This document shows, one piece after another, positions 40,381 through 49,516 of a DNA stretch of 64,000 nt (position 1 is its first letter; each line of letters begins with the position of its first letter). The stretch lies in the IMG/VR virus record IMGVR_UViG_3300013372_001471, positions 1 to 64,000 of that record, one strand, 5' to 3'. The translations under genes and the position numbers were made by a program. This DNA is from a virus. The notes beneath the pieces are model-generated. The model did no database searches, had not been told where the DNA came from, and saw only the letters and a list, made by a program, of their open reading frames with translations.

Positions 40381-40823
40381 GTGTTATAGTTCTTTGGATA
40401 ATGTGTTTAATAATAATTATACTTTATTTTTATTTTACTTTATCCAAACCAGTAATTTTAGCACTTACCCCATCAATTCTTTCATGCACGAATTTTATTT
40501 CATCAGCAAGTTCTCTCTTTGATGCATCAATTCTTTCATGTATGAACTGATGTTCTTTTTCAATAACTGAACGAGCACTATCAACTCTTGAATCAATCAT
40601 TCGTCTCCAATAATCATCTGTTGATGTAATTCTTCTATCCAAATTATCGAAAACAGTATTAACTACGCCCTCTAAATTATTTAGTTCTTTGTTTAATCTA
40701 CTAATTTTGAACATACCCACAACTACAACCGTAACTAACGCCACGACTATAACTGCACATATACCCAGTGTGAATGATAAAATTTCCATAACTTTTCTCC
40801 TTATTCCCAAAGAACTATAACAC
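40381..40823. repeat. Perfect 17-bp inverted repeat (40381-40397 / 40807-40823) bracketing one gene
   Basis: GTGTTATAGTTCTTTGG / CCAAAGAACTATAACAC. Confidence 0.9.
40430..40789 (-). CDS. Membrane-anchored coiled-coil protein
   Basis: AAGGAG RBS before ATG 40789; N-terminal TM helix; duplicated F.HERID. Confidence 0.75.
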   Translation of the reverse strand: MEILSFTLGICAVIVVALVTVVVVGMFKISRLNKELNNLEGVVNTVFDNLDRRITSTDDYWRRMIDSRVDSARSVIEKEHQFIHERIDASKRELADEIKFVHERIDGVSAKITGLDKVK

Positions 40824-40829
40824 TCTTAC

Positions 40830-42683
40830 TTACTTAATTTCACAGGCGCCACCGGCACAAGCCAATTCACCTGACAAATCTGTATTGTCTTCCAACTCAA
40901 CAACATTACTCAAATCAACATCGTGTAATGTTTCCATCAATCTTTCATATTCTTCTTTTGTAATATCCTGGAAAGGTGCCTGAATATATGAGCCACCATC
41001 GTAGTTTAGAACAGAAAGACCATTAAAGTGTTCTTTGTTTTCCCACATCCAATTACCAACAGCATCCCATTCATGTTCACGGATGGAAACTGTTGCAGAT
41101 ATGTTGTGAGTATTCATACCTGTTCTGTGACCAGGTTTAATCCAATTCTGATTGAACCACTTTACTCTTTCCAACAACTGCAAAGGACTTTCACTACGAA
41201 GTATTGAACCTTCTGGCGCCTTTTGTGGAACACCAATAACAGCCGTATCGTGTGGACGGAAGTATTCATCTTCTACCAATTCAGGATGATTGATTGCAAG
41301 ATAAGAATAAATTGCCTCATTCTTACCAACACGAACACGGCGTAAATAGAAATCATTGTGCCATGCATGAATGCCGGATGAACAACCCAAAGTCAATGAT
41401 GATGTTCCAGCAGGTTTAATAGTTGTTGTTCTTGCAGATTTATTGATACCAATAAGTTCAGCAACTCTTTCATTTTCTTCTCTTGATGCCTTAGCGGCGG
41501 CTTTCAAATCCAACTTCTGAACTTTACCTGATCCTATACCTGTCATACCAACACCAAGAAGTGCATCCTTTTCAGTTGTTCTTTGCCAGATTGGGCGAAG
41601 ATAATGAAAATCCGTGTAACCAGCTTGTAATGTTCCAATGAAAGTGGCAGCACGAACTCTGTCTTCCAAATCTTCTTGGCTTTCAACATCGGAAACATTT
41701 ACCTCACACAAGTTACAGAATTGGAATGGGCGAAGTGCAATCTCACAACAAGGATTTGTTCCCCAATCTTTATCGTTAGAAAGATAAATACCCGGCTCAC
41801 CTGCATTTGATAATTCTATTTTCTTCCAAAGTGATTTGAAAAATTCTTCCGTTACCTTACTACGAAGAAGAACTGCCGAATTATTAGCTCTGCCTCTTTG
41901 TGGATTGAGTTCCCACCAATTTCCAAACTTACAGGAAATCATATCATCATCGTCAGCAGAGAAAAGAGAAATAAGAGCAGCACGGCGAATACCACCGGCA
42001 AGAACTGCATCTGCAATATGACAAACAATATCGTGAACTTCAATAGATGATAACTGTTCACCATCTGTTTTAAGGTCAAGGATTGCCCTAATCTTTTCAA
42101 TACAAATGCGTAGTGGCTCTGGACCTGGTGCCTTACCACCACTTGTGATGAGTCTTGCACCTTTGTGACGAATATCCGAATAATCAAAACGAATAGATGA
42201 ACCACCTGTGAAATAAGACTTCATAACGGCTTTAATGGCATCTGCCCAACCTTCTATTGAATCACCAATAAGAAATCTTCTTTCTTTTGATTTAGGTCTA
42301 TGTATTGGTGGTAAAGTCTCTACATGATGTTTCTGAACGGAATAACCTACACCGGTTCCACCGAGAAGAAGAAACATCACTTCACCGAAAGCACGCCAGT
42401 CATCTATTGGCAAATAAGCACAGTTGTAAATTCTGTTTGGAGAAATCTCAATTGGTTTACCACCAAACTGCAAAGAACGCATTGACGGTAAAACTTTTTT
42501 ATCATATACCATTTTATAGACATTTTCAATTTCATCTTTCAGTTGTGGGTATTTTCTTTGGTGCATTTCTTTATTTCTCGTCACCAATTCTTCCCAAGTT
42601 TCCCTACGATTTTTTTCGGGAATGAAACGAGCATACTTCATGTAAACTGTGATCTCAGACAAGATGCGATTACTAATGTCCAT
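40830..42683 (-). CDS. nrdJ: Class II (B12-dependent) ribonucleotide reductase
   Basis: YNC, TNPCCEI, KPAGT, C-terminal CAGGACE. Confidence 0.92.
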   Translation of the reverse strand: MDISNRILSEITVYMKYARFIPEKNRRETWEELVTRNKEMHQRKYPQLKDEIENVYKMVYDKKVLPSMRSLQFGGKPIEISPNRIYNCAYLPIDDWRAFGEVMFLLLGGTGVGYSVQKHHVETLPPIHRPKSKERRFLIGDSIEGWADAIKAVMKSYFTGGSSIRFDYSDIRHKGARLITSGGKAPGPEPLRICIEKIRAILDLKTDGEQLSSIEVHDIVCHIADAVLAGGIRRAALISLFSADDDDMISCKFGNWWELNPQRGRANNSAVLLRSKVTEEFFKSLWKKIELSNAGEPGIYLSNDKDWGTNPCCEIALRPFQFCNLCEVNVSDVESQEDLEDRVRAATFIGTLQAGYTDFHYLRPIWQRTTEKDALLGVGMTGIGSGKVQKLDLKAAAKASREENERVAELIGINKSARTTTIKPAGTSSLTLGCSSGIHAWHNDFYLRRVRVGKNEAIYSYLAINHPELVEDEYFRPHDTAVIGVPQKAPEGSILRSESPLQLLERVKWFNQNWIKPGHRTGMNTHNISATVSIREHEWDAVGNWMWENKEHFNGLSVLNYDGGSYIQAPFQDITKEEYERLMETLHDVDLSNVVELEDNTDLSGELACAGGACEIK

Positions 42684-42729
42684 TTATTTCTCCATTGATT
42701 TTTTATTGAAAACTTGATTTTGCTACTAT

Positions 42730-42765
42730 AAAACAAAACCATACACAGATAAGTATATGGTTTTG
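42730..42765 (-). terminator. Hairpin upstream of nrdJ, possible terminator
   Basis: 13-bp stem with one G-U and a short U tract; overlaps the ATACTTAT motif variant. Confidence 0.5.
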
Positions 42766-42790
42766 GATAAAAAAATTGGGTTTTGTTAAA

Positions 42791-43366
42791 TTATTTTTTA
42801 ACCCAGTTTTCCCCATCCCACCATTCAAAATTTGGCAATTCTGATTTGTATTGGAATTGTTCATACCACTCCGAAACATATAGATATGGATAAGAATGTC
42901 CTACCAACTTATCTATAAAGTAATAATGAACTCTTGGGGTAACACCAGATTCATCCAGCCTACCACCAAGCAAAACAGGAACATAAGGTATATTATCATA
43001 CCAATTGAGTATAGAAAATACAACATCATTGAAATAATAAATTTCATGTTTAACCGATAATGCACTTTCCACTTCATCAATAATTACAGACGGATATAGA
43101 TGTTTAACATTTTCTAAAATCTGTTTGTAATCACCTTCTTTTGAAATCTTTACCTTCTTTACTTTTCTTCTTCTGTTACCAGAAATTGGAGCAAGTTTAA
43201 CACGAGCGGATCTACATTGATACCACTCACTGTTTTTTGTTGGCAACCAACCATTCTCAAAAAGATATTGATTGGTTTCGCCGTTTGGAACACAAAACAC
43301 TTCACATAAATCAGCAGCAGTTTCTAAATCATACTTACCGTTTACATGGCTAAACCGTGTTCTCAT
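42791..43366 (-). CDS. ATE/Bpt-like aminoacyl-tRNA-protein transferase-like protein
   Basis: L.NGW, S.R..L, RR, YLY...YK....E.....W pattern. Confidence 0.45.
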   Translation of the reverse strand: MRTRFSHVNGKYDLETAADLCEVFCVPNGETNQYLFENGWLPTKNSEWYQCRSARVKLAPISGNRRRKVKKVKISKEGDYKQILENVKHLYPSVIIDEVESALSVKHEIYYFNDVVFSILNWYDNIPYVPVLLGGRLDESGVTPRVHYYFIDKLVGHSYPYLYVSEWYEQFQYKSELPNFEWWDGENWVKK

Positions 43367-43441
43367 TTCAAACCTCGTTTGTTGATAATCATGTTATCGA
43401 AACAACAAAACAAGATACGAAACGAAGTTCAGCTATAAGTA

Positions 43442-44794
43442 TTAGAATCCTTCCAATTCTTTGAATTTTTGTGAAAGAGCTTTCTTAACATTTACATCAC
43501 CTTTCATTGATGTCTGAACACTTTGTCCCATGTCAGAACTTGGTTCATATATCTCAATGTGACCGGTCATTGTATTTATTTTACTTGGGAATGTCATACC
43601 ATCAGGACCGAAACGATTTTTAATAATATGCCATCTGCCTGTTCCACCAACCTTATCATTTAGTTTTCTTGATAGTGACATGATAAAATCTGCAATCATA
43701 ATTTTATTATATGACTCTGAAACTTTACCGCCCTCAATAACATCATCTTCGAGTGCAGAACGATTTGCCTGTGATGCAGTCCAAATAGGTATTCCATAAG
43801 TTCCACCGATACCACGCAAGTCTTCATAAATATCATTCAGTTCCAATCTCTTATCACCGGCTTTCGATGGTCTTATCAAGTCCGCATAATCAACAATAAC
43901 CAAATCAGGTGTCTTACCTTGACTGATACACTTTTCGATATGCGATGTAATCGTTGTGATACTTGCAGTTTTAGTTGGATAATACTTTACAATCAAGTCA
44001 CCTTTAATTGTTTCCATAGCATCACGTATTTTTTCTTGTGCATGTTCTTCATTCAAATTTTGAAAAGCAATCTTTGTAAAGAATGCATCAAATCTTCTTG
44101 CAACATAAAACTGATTAAGTTCAAGTGTATAATAAACAACTCTCTTACCGGCTTTAACTGCTTGAGCGGCGATACTAACCAATCCCCAAGACTTACCGCC
44201 ACCGGCAGGTGCAATAACAACACCTAATTCACCAGCAGCCAATCCACCATTTGTAATATCGTCAATAACATTCCAACCCGTAGATACACAAGTTCTTGCA
44301 CCTTCTTCATAACGGGCTGCAATATCCAAAAGATATTCGTGTCCAATATCTTTGTCAGTTCCGGCTTTAAGTGCATTATCAACTTTCTTTTTAATAAGAT
44401 CATACTTACCACTTTTTAGCAAATCAACCGACTCAATAATTGCAACTTTCATCTTTTGATTTTTACAAAATTCAAGTGTAGTTAGTTTGACATATTCGGC
44501 ATCCGAACTATCTTTATACTTTGCACTTTCTTTCAGAGCATCTGCAATAGTGCTCTTCAAAACTTTATCTTCAACGGCAATCAATTCAGACTTGAAAACT
44601 TCAGCAGTTGGTGCAGTTTTATACTTCTCATAATAAGACATTATCTTTTCAACAACCCAACTATTTGCTTGAGACTCAAAATAATTTGGTTCAATAATAT
44701 CGGAAACTTGTTGTAAAAATGCTCTATCGTTTAATAATGAAGTGACTACTTTTGTCTGAAAGGTATGACCATACTGGGATAAATTATCCTGCAT
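43442..44794 (-). CDS. Replicative SF4 helicase (gp41/DnaB-like)
   Basis: APAGGGKS, TLE, VDYAD, TASQANR, KNRFG. Confidence 0.92.
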   Translation of the reverse strand: MQDNLSQYGHTFQTKVVTSLLNDRAFLQQVSDIIEPNYFESQANSWVVEKIMSYYEKYKTAPTAEVFKSELIAVEDKVLKSTIADALKESAKYKDSSDAEYVKLTTLEFCKNQKMKVAIIESVDLLKSGKYDLIKKKVDNALKAGTDKDIGHEYLLDIAARYEEGARTCVSTGWNVIDDITNGGLAAGELGVVIAPAGGGKSWGLVSIAAQAVKAGKRVVYYTLELNQFYVARRFDAFFTKIAFQNLNEEHAQEKIRDAMETIKGDLIVKYYPTKTASITTITSHIEKCISQGKTPDLVIVDYADLIRPSKAGDKRLELNDIYEDLRGIGGTYGIPIWTASQANRSALEDDVIEGGKVSESYNKIMIADFIMSLSRKLNDKVGGTGRWHIIKNRFGPDGMTFPSKINTMTGHIEIYEPSSDMGQSVQTSMKGDVNVKKALSQKFKELEGF

Positions 44795-45830
44795 ATTTGT
44801 TCCTAATGCAATTTATTGTTGTAAAATTCTTCTGAACCCAAACATCCCAATTCAACATAACATTTTGCATCTTATCTTCTACAAATAGTTTATCGAGTTC
44901 AACCTTATTTAGTGCATCAATTTCACCATCAACAAGATTTCTTATTGTTGATTTAGTGCTCTGTGAAATATCAACATCACTTAACTGCATAATTCTATGA
45001 TTGGTTTGCAATACATTTAGGTTGTTCTTTAATTCTTGAATTGCTTTGGATTTATTATCATGTAATTTACAAATTTCTACGAACATTTCCAAATCTATTT
45101 TTCTTTTTTCTGATAATTCTGGAAAGAATTTTAATATAGTCTTGTCACCGAGACCACGAATGCCAACTACATTATCACTTTTATCGCCAAGTAACGATTT
45201 GTATATGATATAATTTTCACACCATATACCAGTTTCTTCCAAAAGGTTTTCAGGCGTATACATCTTCTTTTTAGTTGGCAAATAAACATTAACCCTATCC
45301 GAAACTAATTGTAGAAAGTCTCGGTCATTGGAAAGGATTACACATTTATCTTTGAAATAAGAAGAAAGGTAGGCAATCACATCATCTGCCTCGATTTTAT
45401 CAATGGAGATTATTGTAAGTGGCAGATTTTGTAGGTATGAAAAAACACGAAACAGTTGATACTTCATTGAGGATTGTTCATCATCAATATCTTCAAACCC
45501 AACTACACGGTTTAACCGTGACTTGATTGCCCTACCTTCTTTATAGTTTGAATAGATTTCTTTACGGCGTTGTGAACCACCTTTACCATCAAAGACCACA
45601 ACAACCCGCGTGGGATTAACCATACGGATTGTTGCTCCAAGAGACTTCAAGAAACCAGAAAGTCCACCAACATGAACACCATCTTCGTTTAATGTTGGGA
45701 TGGCAGAAAATGTGCGTATAAAAAGGTTCATCCCATCTACAATCAAAACCTTACTATCACGATGTAGGTTTTCTTGTTCTTGTCTTTCTGTTTCTATTTC
45801 TTGTAAAAGTCTTTGATATTTGTTGTTCAT
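44784..45830 (-). CDS. 5'-3' exonuclease (T4 RNase H / PolI N-terminal-like)
   Basis: VDG.N, VFDG, YK..R, EADD, DRD, GD.SDN..G. Confidence 0.92.
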   Translation of the reverse strand: MNNKYQRLLQEIETERQEQENLHRDSKVLIVDGMNLFIRTFSAIPTLNEDGVHVGGLSGFLKSLGATIRMVNPTRVVVVFDGKGGSQRRKEIYSNYKEGRAIKSRLNRVVGFEDIDDEQSSMKYQLFRVFSYLQNLPLTIISIDKIEADDVIAYLSSYFKDKCVILSNDRDFLQLVSDRVNVYLPTKKKMYTPENLLEETGIWCENYIIYKSLLGDKSDNVVGIRGLGDKTILKFFPELSEKRKIDLEMFVEICKLHDNKSKAIQELKNNLNVLQTNHRIMQLSDVDISQSTKSTIRNLVDGEIDALNKVELDKLFVEDKMQNVMLNWDVWVQKNFTTINCIRNKYAG

Positions 45831-46975
45831 ACTTCATCTTGTAATAATGGTTCATTTGAAAGTGTTACATCGTCTATACGAGCTTCATCAAGTTTCTTAT
45901 ATTTCATAATTACTTTCTCTGCGATTTCATCATAAACTATATCATACAATTCAGGATTACTCATAATCTTTTCAACAAATTCTTTGGATTGAAATTTTAT
46001 TATCTCTCCAGTTCTTTTGTCTGTCCATGAATACCATGCACCTGATTGTGAAACAAGATTGTGTTCCTTCATAACAGTTAGCCATGAAGAATAGTCATCT
46101 ATACCACTATCAAAATAAACTTCATATTCACACTCACGAAGCGGTGGACCTACTCTGTTCTTTACCAATTTCGCCTTAACTCTTGAACCAACAATTTCAT
46201 CACGACCTTCTCTCTTTGCTTTGATAGCACCGATTGAAGAAAGACGAAGACGAACAGAAGCATGGAAAGGAATACCTTTACCACCTGGTGTTGTCCAAGG
46301 ATCAGAGAATGCTGGGGCATTTAGTTTCTGACGAAGTTGGTTTGTAATAATCAAACAAATACGCTCTCTACCGATAAGGTTTGTAATTTTCCTCATTGCC
46401 TTTGAAATGATAAGTGCCTTTGCCGTAGCATAGCCATCCTTATCAAAGTCCGCAGCCATTTCTGTTTTAGTGGATGCACCGGCGATTGAATCAACTACTA
46501 TCGTTACCAACCTATCTTTATCGGATGAACGAACTTTGTCAATGATAACATCAACAGTTTCAAAAATATCTTCTACTGTTTCCAATGGAATGTATAACAT
46601 ATCTTTTAAGTTCAAACCGATTGCAGATAGATATTCAGTTGCGATTGCATTTTCGGTATCAATATAAACTGCAAGACCACCTTTCTTTTGTGTGTTGAGA
46701 AGGGCATGGGCTGCCAACAATGATTTACCAGATTGTTCGAGACCTGTTATTTCAGATACACGACCAACAGGAAAACCACCATACTTGCGATTGGAAATGG
46801 CCAAATCTAACATAGTTGAGCCAGTTCCAACCCATTCTTTTACTATTGTAGGTGCATCACTATCACCTTCAAGAAAGTAAGCGGTCTTAACATTTTGAGC
46901 TTTGAATTGTTTGTTTATAGTTTCGGCAATGAGCCCACCGAGTTCATCGGAAAGATCACTCTTTGATTTTGCCAT
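45827..46975 (-). CDS. recA: RecA/UvsX recombinase
   Basis: G.EQSGKS, YIDTE, VDS, NQLR, TPGG, KN...PP. Confidence 0.92.
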   Translation of the reverse strand: MAKSKSDLSDELGGLIAETINKQFKAQNVKTAYFLEGDSDAPTIVKEWVGTGSTMLDLAISNRKYGGFPVGRVSEITGLEQSGKSLLAAHALLNTQKKGGLAVYIDTENAIATEYLSAIGLNLKDMLYIPLETVEDIFETVDVIIDKVRSSDKDRLVTIVVDSIAGASTKTEMAADFDKDGYATAKALIISKAMRKITNLIGRERICLIITNQLRQKLNAPAFSDPWTTPGGKGIPFHASVRLRLSSIGAIKAKREGRDEIVGSRVKAKLVKNRVGPPLRECEYEVYFDSGIDDYSSWLTVMKEHNLVSQSGAWYSWTDKRTGEIIKFQSKEFVEKIMSNPELYDIVYDEIAEKVIMKYKKLDEARIDDVTLSNEPLLQDEV

Positions 46976-46987
46976 AACTCACCCTTA

Positions 46988-47743
46988 TTAAAATAAATCA
47001 TCAAATGTAACACCAACATCTTCAGCAGATGTAGATGGCTTCTCACTCTTTTCTTGTTTGTAGTTTAGGTCTGCTGCAGGTTCTTCTTGTGATGACGCAC
47101 CCATCCAAGTTTGCAATTGAATCTTCAAATCATCATAAGATGGTTCTGGATACAATTCTGTAATTTGGGGTTGAGACTTAATCTTTTCAAGAACATCTGC
47201 ACTTTCTGTAATAGGTGTTTCTTTTGGTTTAACACGAATACTTGTTTCTGCATAAGTCTTACCGGCTTCTTCTGGTGACTTAACGGTAACAACAATGTCA
47301 CGACCAGATTTTGGATCAGACAAATCACCGTAATCGGGATCAACAAAGAAAGCAAGCAGTTCTTCATAGATTTGTTTACCAAATCCCCAAAACTTTACAC
47401 CTTCATTTTCTTGACCACGAACAATAACAGGAACATAGATACGCATTTTGGGTTCCAATTTTCTACCCATTACCCAATCTTCTTTATCACCAGTCTGTTT
47501 AAGTTTTTCTGCAAACTCAACCACAGGATCAGGACGACCAAATGATGCAGGTGAAAGAATAGACCTCTTACCCAAATTGTAATGGAAATACAATTCGATG
47601 AATGGATTTTCTCTGTTGTGGATGTAGGGAACAATTCTGATTTGGGTTTCACCCGGATCGGGTTTCCAAATGTTAGATGTGCGATTGTTTGTGTTTTTTA
47701 GAGAGTTCAAACGACTCTTGATTGCATCGAGGTTGATACCCAT
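46988..47743 (-). CDS. Single-stranded DNA-binding protein (gp32-like)
   Basis: WKP, IRIVP, HY, DP..E, D...G.D; acidic FDDLF tail. Confidence 0.8.
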   Translation of the reverse strand: MGINLDAIKSRLNSLKNTNNRTSNIWKPDPGETQIRIVPYIHNRENPFIELYFHYNLGKRSILSPASFGRPDPVVEFAEKLKQTGDKEDWVMGRKLEPKMRIYVPVIVRGQENEGVKFWGFGKQIYEELLAFFVDPDYGDLSDPKSGRDIVVTVKSPEEAGKTYAETSIRVKPKETPITESADVLEKIKSQPQITELYPEPSYDDLKIQLQTWMGASSQEEPAADLNYKQEKSEKPSTSAEDVGVTFDDLF

Positions 47744-47815
47744 GATGTTTCTCCAAATGTGTAATAAATAATGTTTAATCGTTACTAAAAGAATGTTATG
47801 TCTAATAGAACAATA

Positions 47816-47847
47816 CTAATATATGAATTTAATGTTTAATAAGCAAG
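47816..47847 (-). promoter_or_regulatory. Host-type promoter CTTG-N20-TATATTAG upstream of SSB
   Basis: Motif match. Confidence 0.55.
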
Positions 47848-47856
47848 CAATTTTTT

Positions 47857-48501
47857 TTATTTTTTTGTCATAAGATGCGTTCTAACAATTTCTTTGATCT
47901 TCTTACGAAATTTATTACGCAATCTTTCATTGACTTTTATTTCAGTTTTTGGTTCTTCTTTATCTTTCTTTTCTTTTTTAGTTGGTTCCTTTTCATCTGA
48001 CTTTGATTCGGTTGGCTCTGCTAATGCTGAAATTTCATCATCTATTTTTTTAGATACATCTTCCACAATAGAATTTATATCTTCAACTAATGTTTCAAGA
48101 ACTTTAATATCAGCTTCTGTTAATTTACGTTTGACATAAATACTTATTCTTTTAACAATAAGTTCAATATCATTTTCGTGTGATTCTTTATCTTCTTCAG
48201 CATAAGCGGATGATTTTAATTTTGCAAGAGAATTGAACAATGCCTTCAATGATGGGTTATTTGAAAATCTAGATCCTATTGCCTGTAACTTATCCCTCAC
48301 ATCACCATAAGATTTTGAATTTACAAGTGGTGAAAACCAATTTTTTATTACATCTGGCGTATCAGACGGAAACATCATTTTCAAATAACTACTACGACTA
48401 CCATCAATAGCAGATGAAGCGTCTATGAAAATAATATAACCCAACGGACTAATTGCTGATTCTGTTATAGATTCGTTTATTTTATTTTTAATCTTCTTCA
48501 T
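47857..48501 (-). CDS. Hypothetical protein (INE/ITE leader)
   Basis: Intact ORF. Confidence 0.6.
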   Translation of the reverse strand: MKKIKNKINESITESAISPLGYIIFIDASSAIDGSRSSYLKMMFPSDTPDVIKNWFSPLVNSKSYGDVRDKLQAIGSRFSNNPSLKALFNSLAKLKSSAYAEEDKESHENDIELIVKRISIYVKRKLTEADIKVLETLVEDINSIVEDVSKKIDDEISALAEPTESKSDEKEPTKKEKKDKEEPKTEIKVNERLRNKFRKKIKEIVRTHLMTKK

Positions 48502-48508
48502 TTGTTTC

Positions 48509-48838
48509 TCACGGTAGTAATGTTAGTTTACCCGAACTCTGTATTAAATAAACACTTATGCTAGTTTCTTTATTAAAAAAATGTAGTTTGCCACCCATAG
48601 GTTTTTTATAGGTATACCCAATTTCTTTTAGAGCATCAACTATCTCATGTTCTTTATACATACTAGCATCTATGACATTATCAGGAAGCATAGATACATC
48701 TGATAACTTCTTTTTTAGTTCCTCAAATATACTATCAAATCCGGTTCCTTCTTTGATTGTTTTCTTATATTCGAGTATTTTTTTAACAACTCTATGTGTT
48801 ATTTCATCAATAATTGATTTAGTCATATGGCTTTTCAT
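48509..48838 (-). CDS. Hypothetical protein
   Basis: Intact ORF after ATATTTAT. Confidence 0.6.
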   Translation of the reverse strand: MKSHMTKSIIDEITHRVVKKILEYKKTIKEGTGFDSIFEELKKKLSDVSMLPDNVIDASMYKEHEIVDALKEIGYTYKKPMGGKLHFFNKETSISVYLIQSSGKLTLLP

Positions 48839-48868
48839 TTAGTTATACCTAATACTATTAAATAAATA

Positions 48869-49258
48869 TCAAAAAGTTTGAACTTTAACAAGAAATATCT
48901 TCACTACACGAAATCCGTCTTTATTCTTTAATAGTGCGCAGTTTCGGTATCTCTCCCATTCAATTGGATATTTTTTATCAAGCACACCGTTATTCAAATT
49001 CATTATCAATTCATTCAAAGCATTTATGGTGTATATTGTATTTGTTTCACGTTTTTGATGAACCATTATTGAATTTGGTAAAAACTTCTTGTAGCTATCC
49101 ATGATTATATTGTATGATAATATACAATCGTCTTTTATCTCAAACGATTTGAAAATGAAGATTTTATTATTTAATACTGAAAAATTTAGTTTTATTTCTT
49201 CTATTACTTTGTCTAACTCATACTTTTTAGCAAAAGTGCAAACAAGTTGTGTTTTCAA
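48869..49258 (-). CDS. Conserved-looking phage hypothetical protein
   Basis: L.CTF, H.K.ETNT.YTINALN, W..Y.N. Confidence 0.65.
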   Translation of the reverse strand: MKTQLVCTFAKKYELDKVIEEIKLNFSVLNNKIFIFKSFEIKDDCILSYNIIMDSYKKFLPNSIMVHQKRETNTIYTINALNELIMNLNNGVLDKKYPIEWERYRNCALLKNKDGFRVVKIFLVKVQTF

Positions 49259-49275
49259 TATGTCTCTCTCATTAG

Positions 49276-49461
49276 TTAAGATTTTGTGTCAGTATCATCT
49301 GGAAATTTCAATGAAAGCATTACACGAAATAATAAATCCTCGTCATCTATGTATCTTGATAATATCTCTTTTGCTGCATTCATATGTGCCTCATTGTAGA
49401 CATTGAATCTATCGGTGTTTATTTTTTCAATCAATTCTTTTGCAATCTCATTAAAATCCAT
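49276..49461 (-). CDS. Hypothetical protein
   Basis: ORF downstream of ATATTTAT. Confidence 0.5.
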   Translation of the reverse strand: MDFNEIAKELIEKINTDRFNVYNEAHMNAAKEILSRYIDDEDLLFRVMLSLKFPDDTDTKS

Positions 49462-49516
49462 ACAAAACCATATTTGTTAATTTTACAATACATACATACT
49501 TCATATAAATATGTTC

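Noticed and set aside
28177-46975. Inteins or introns in polymerase, RNR, RecA or helicase
   Set aside because: Normal lengths, uninterrupted motifs, no splice signatures
47744-47815. A/U-rich SSB leader as a gp32-type autoregulatory element
   Set aside because: Plausible by analogy, but no pseudoknot found and not distinguishable from AT-rich background
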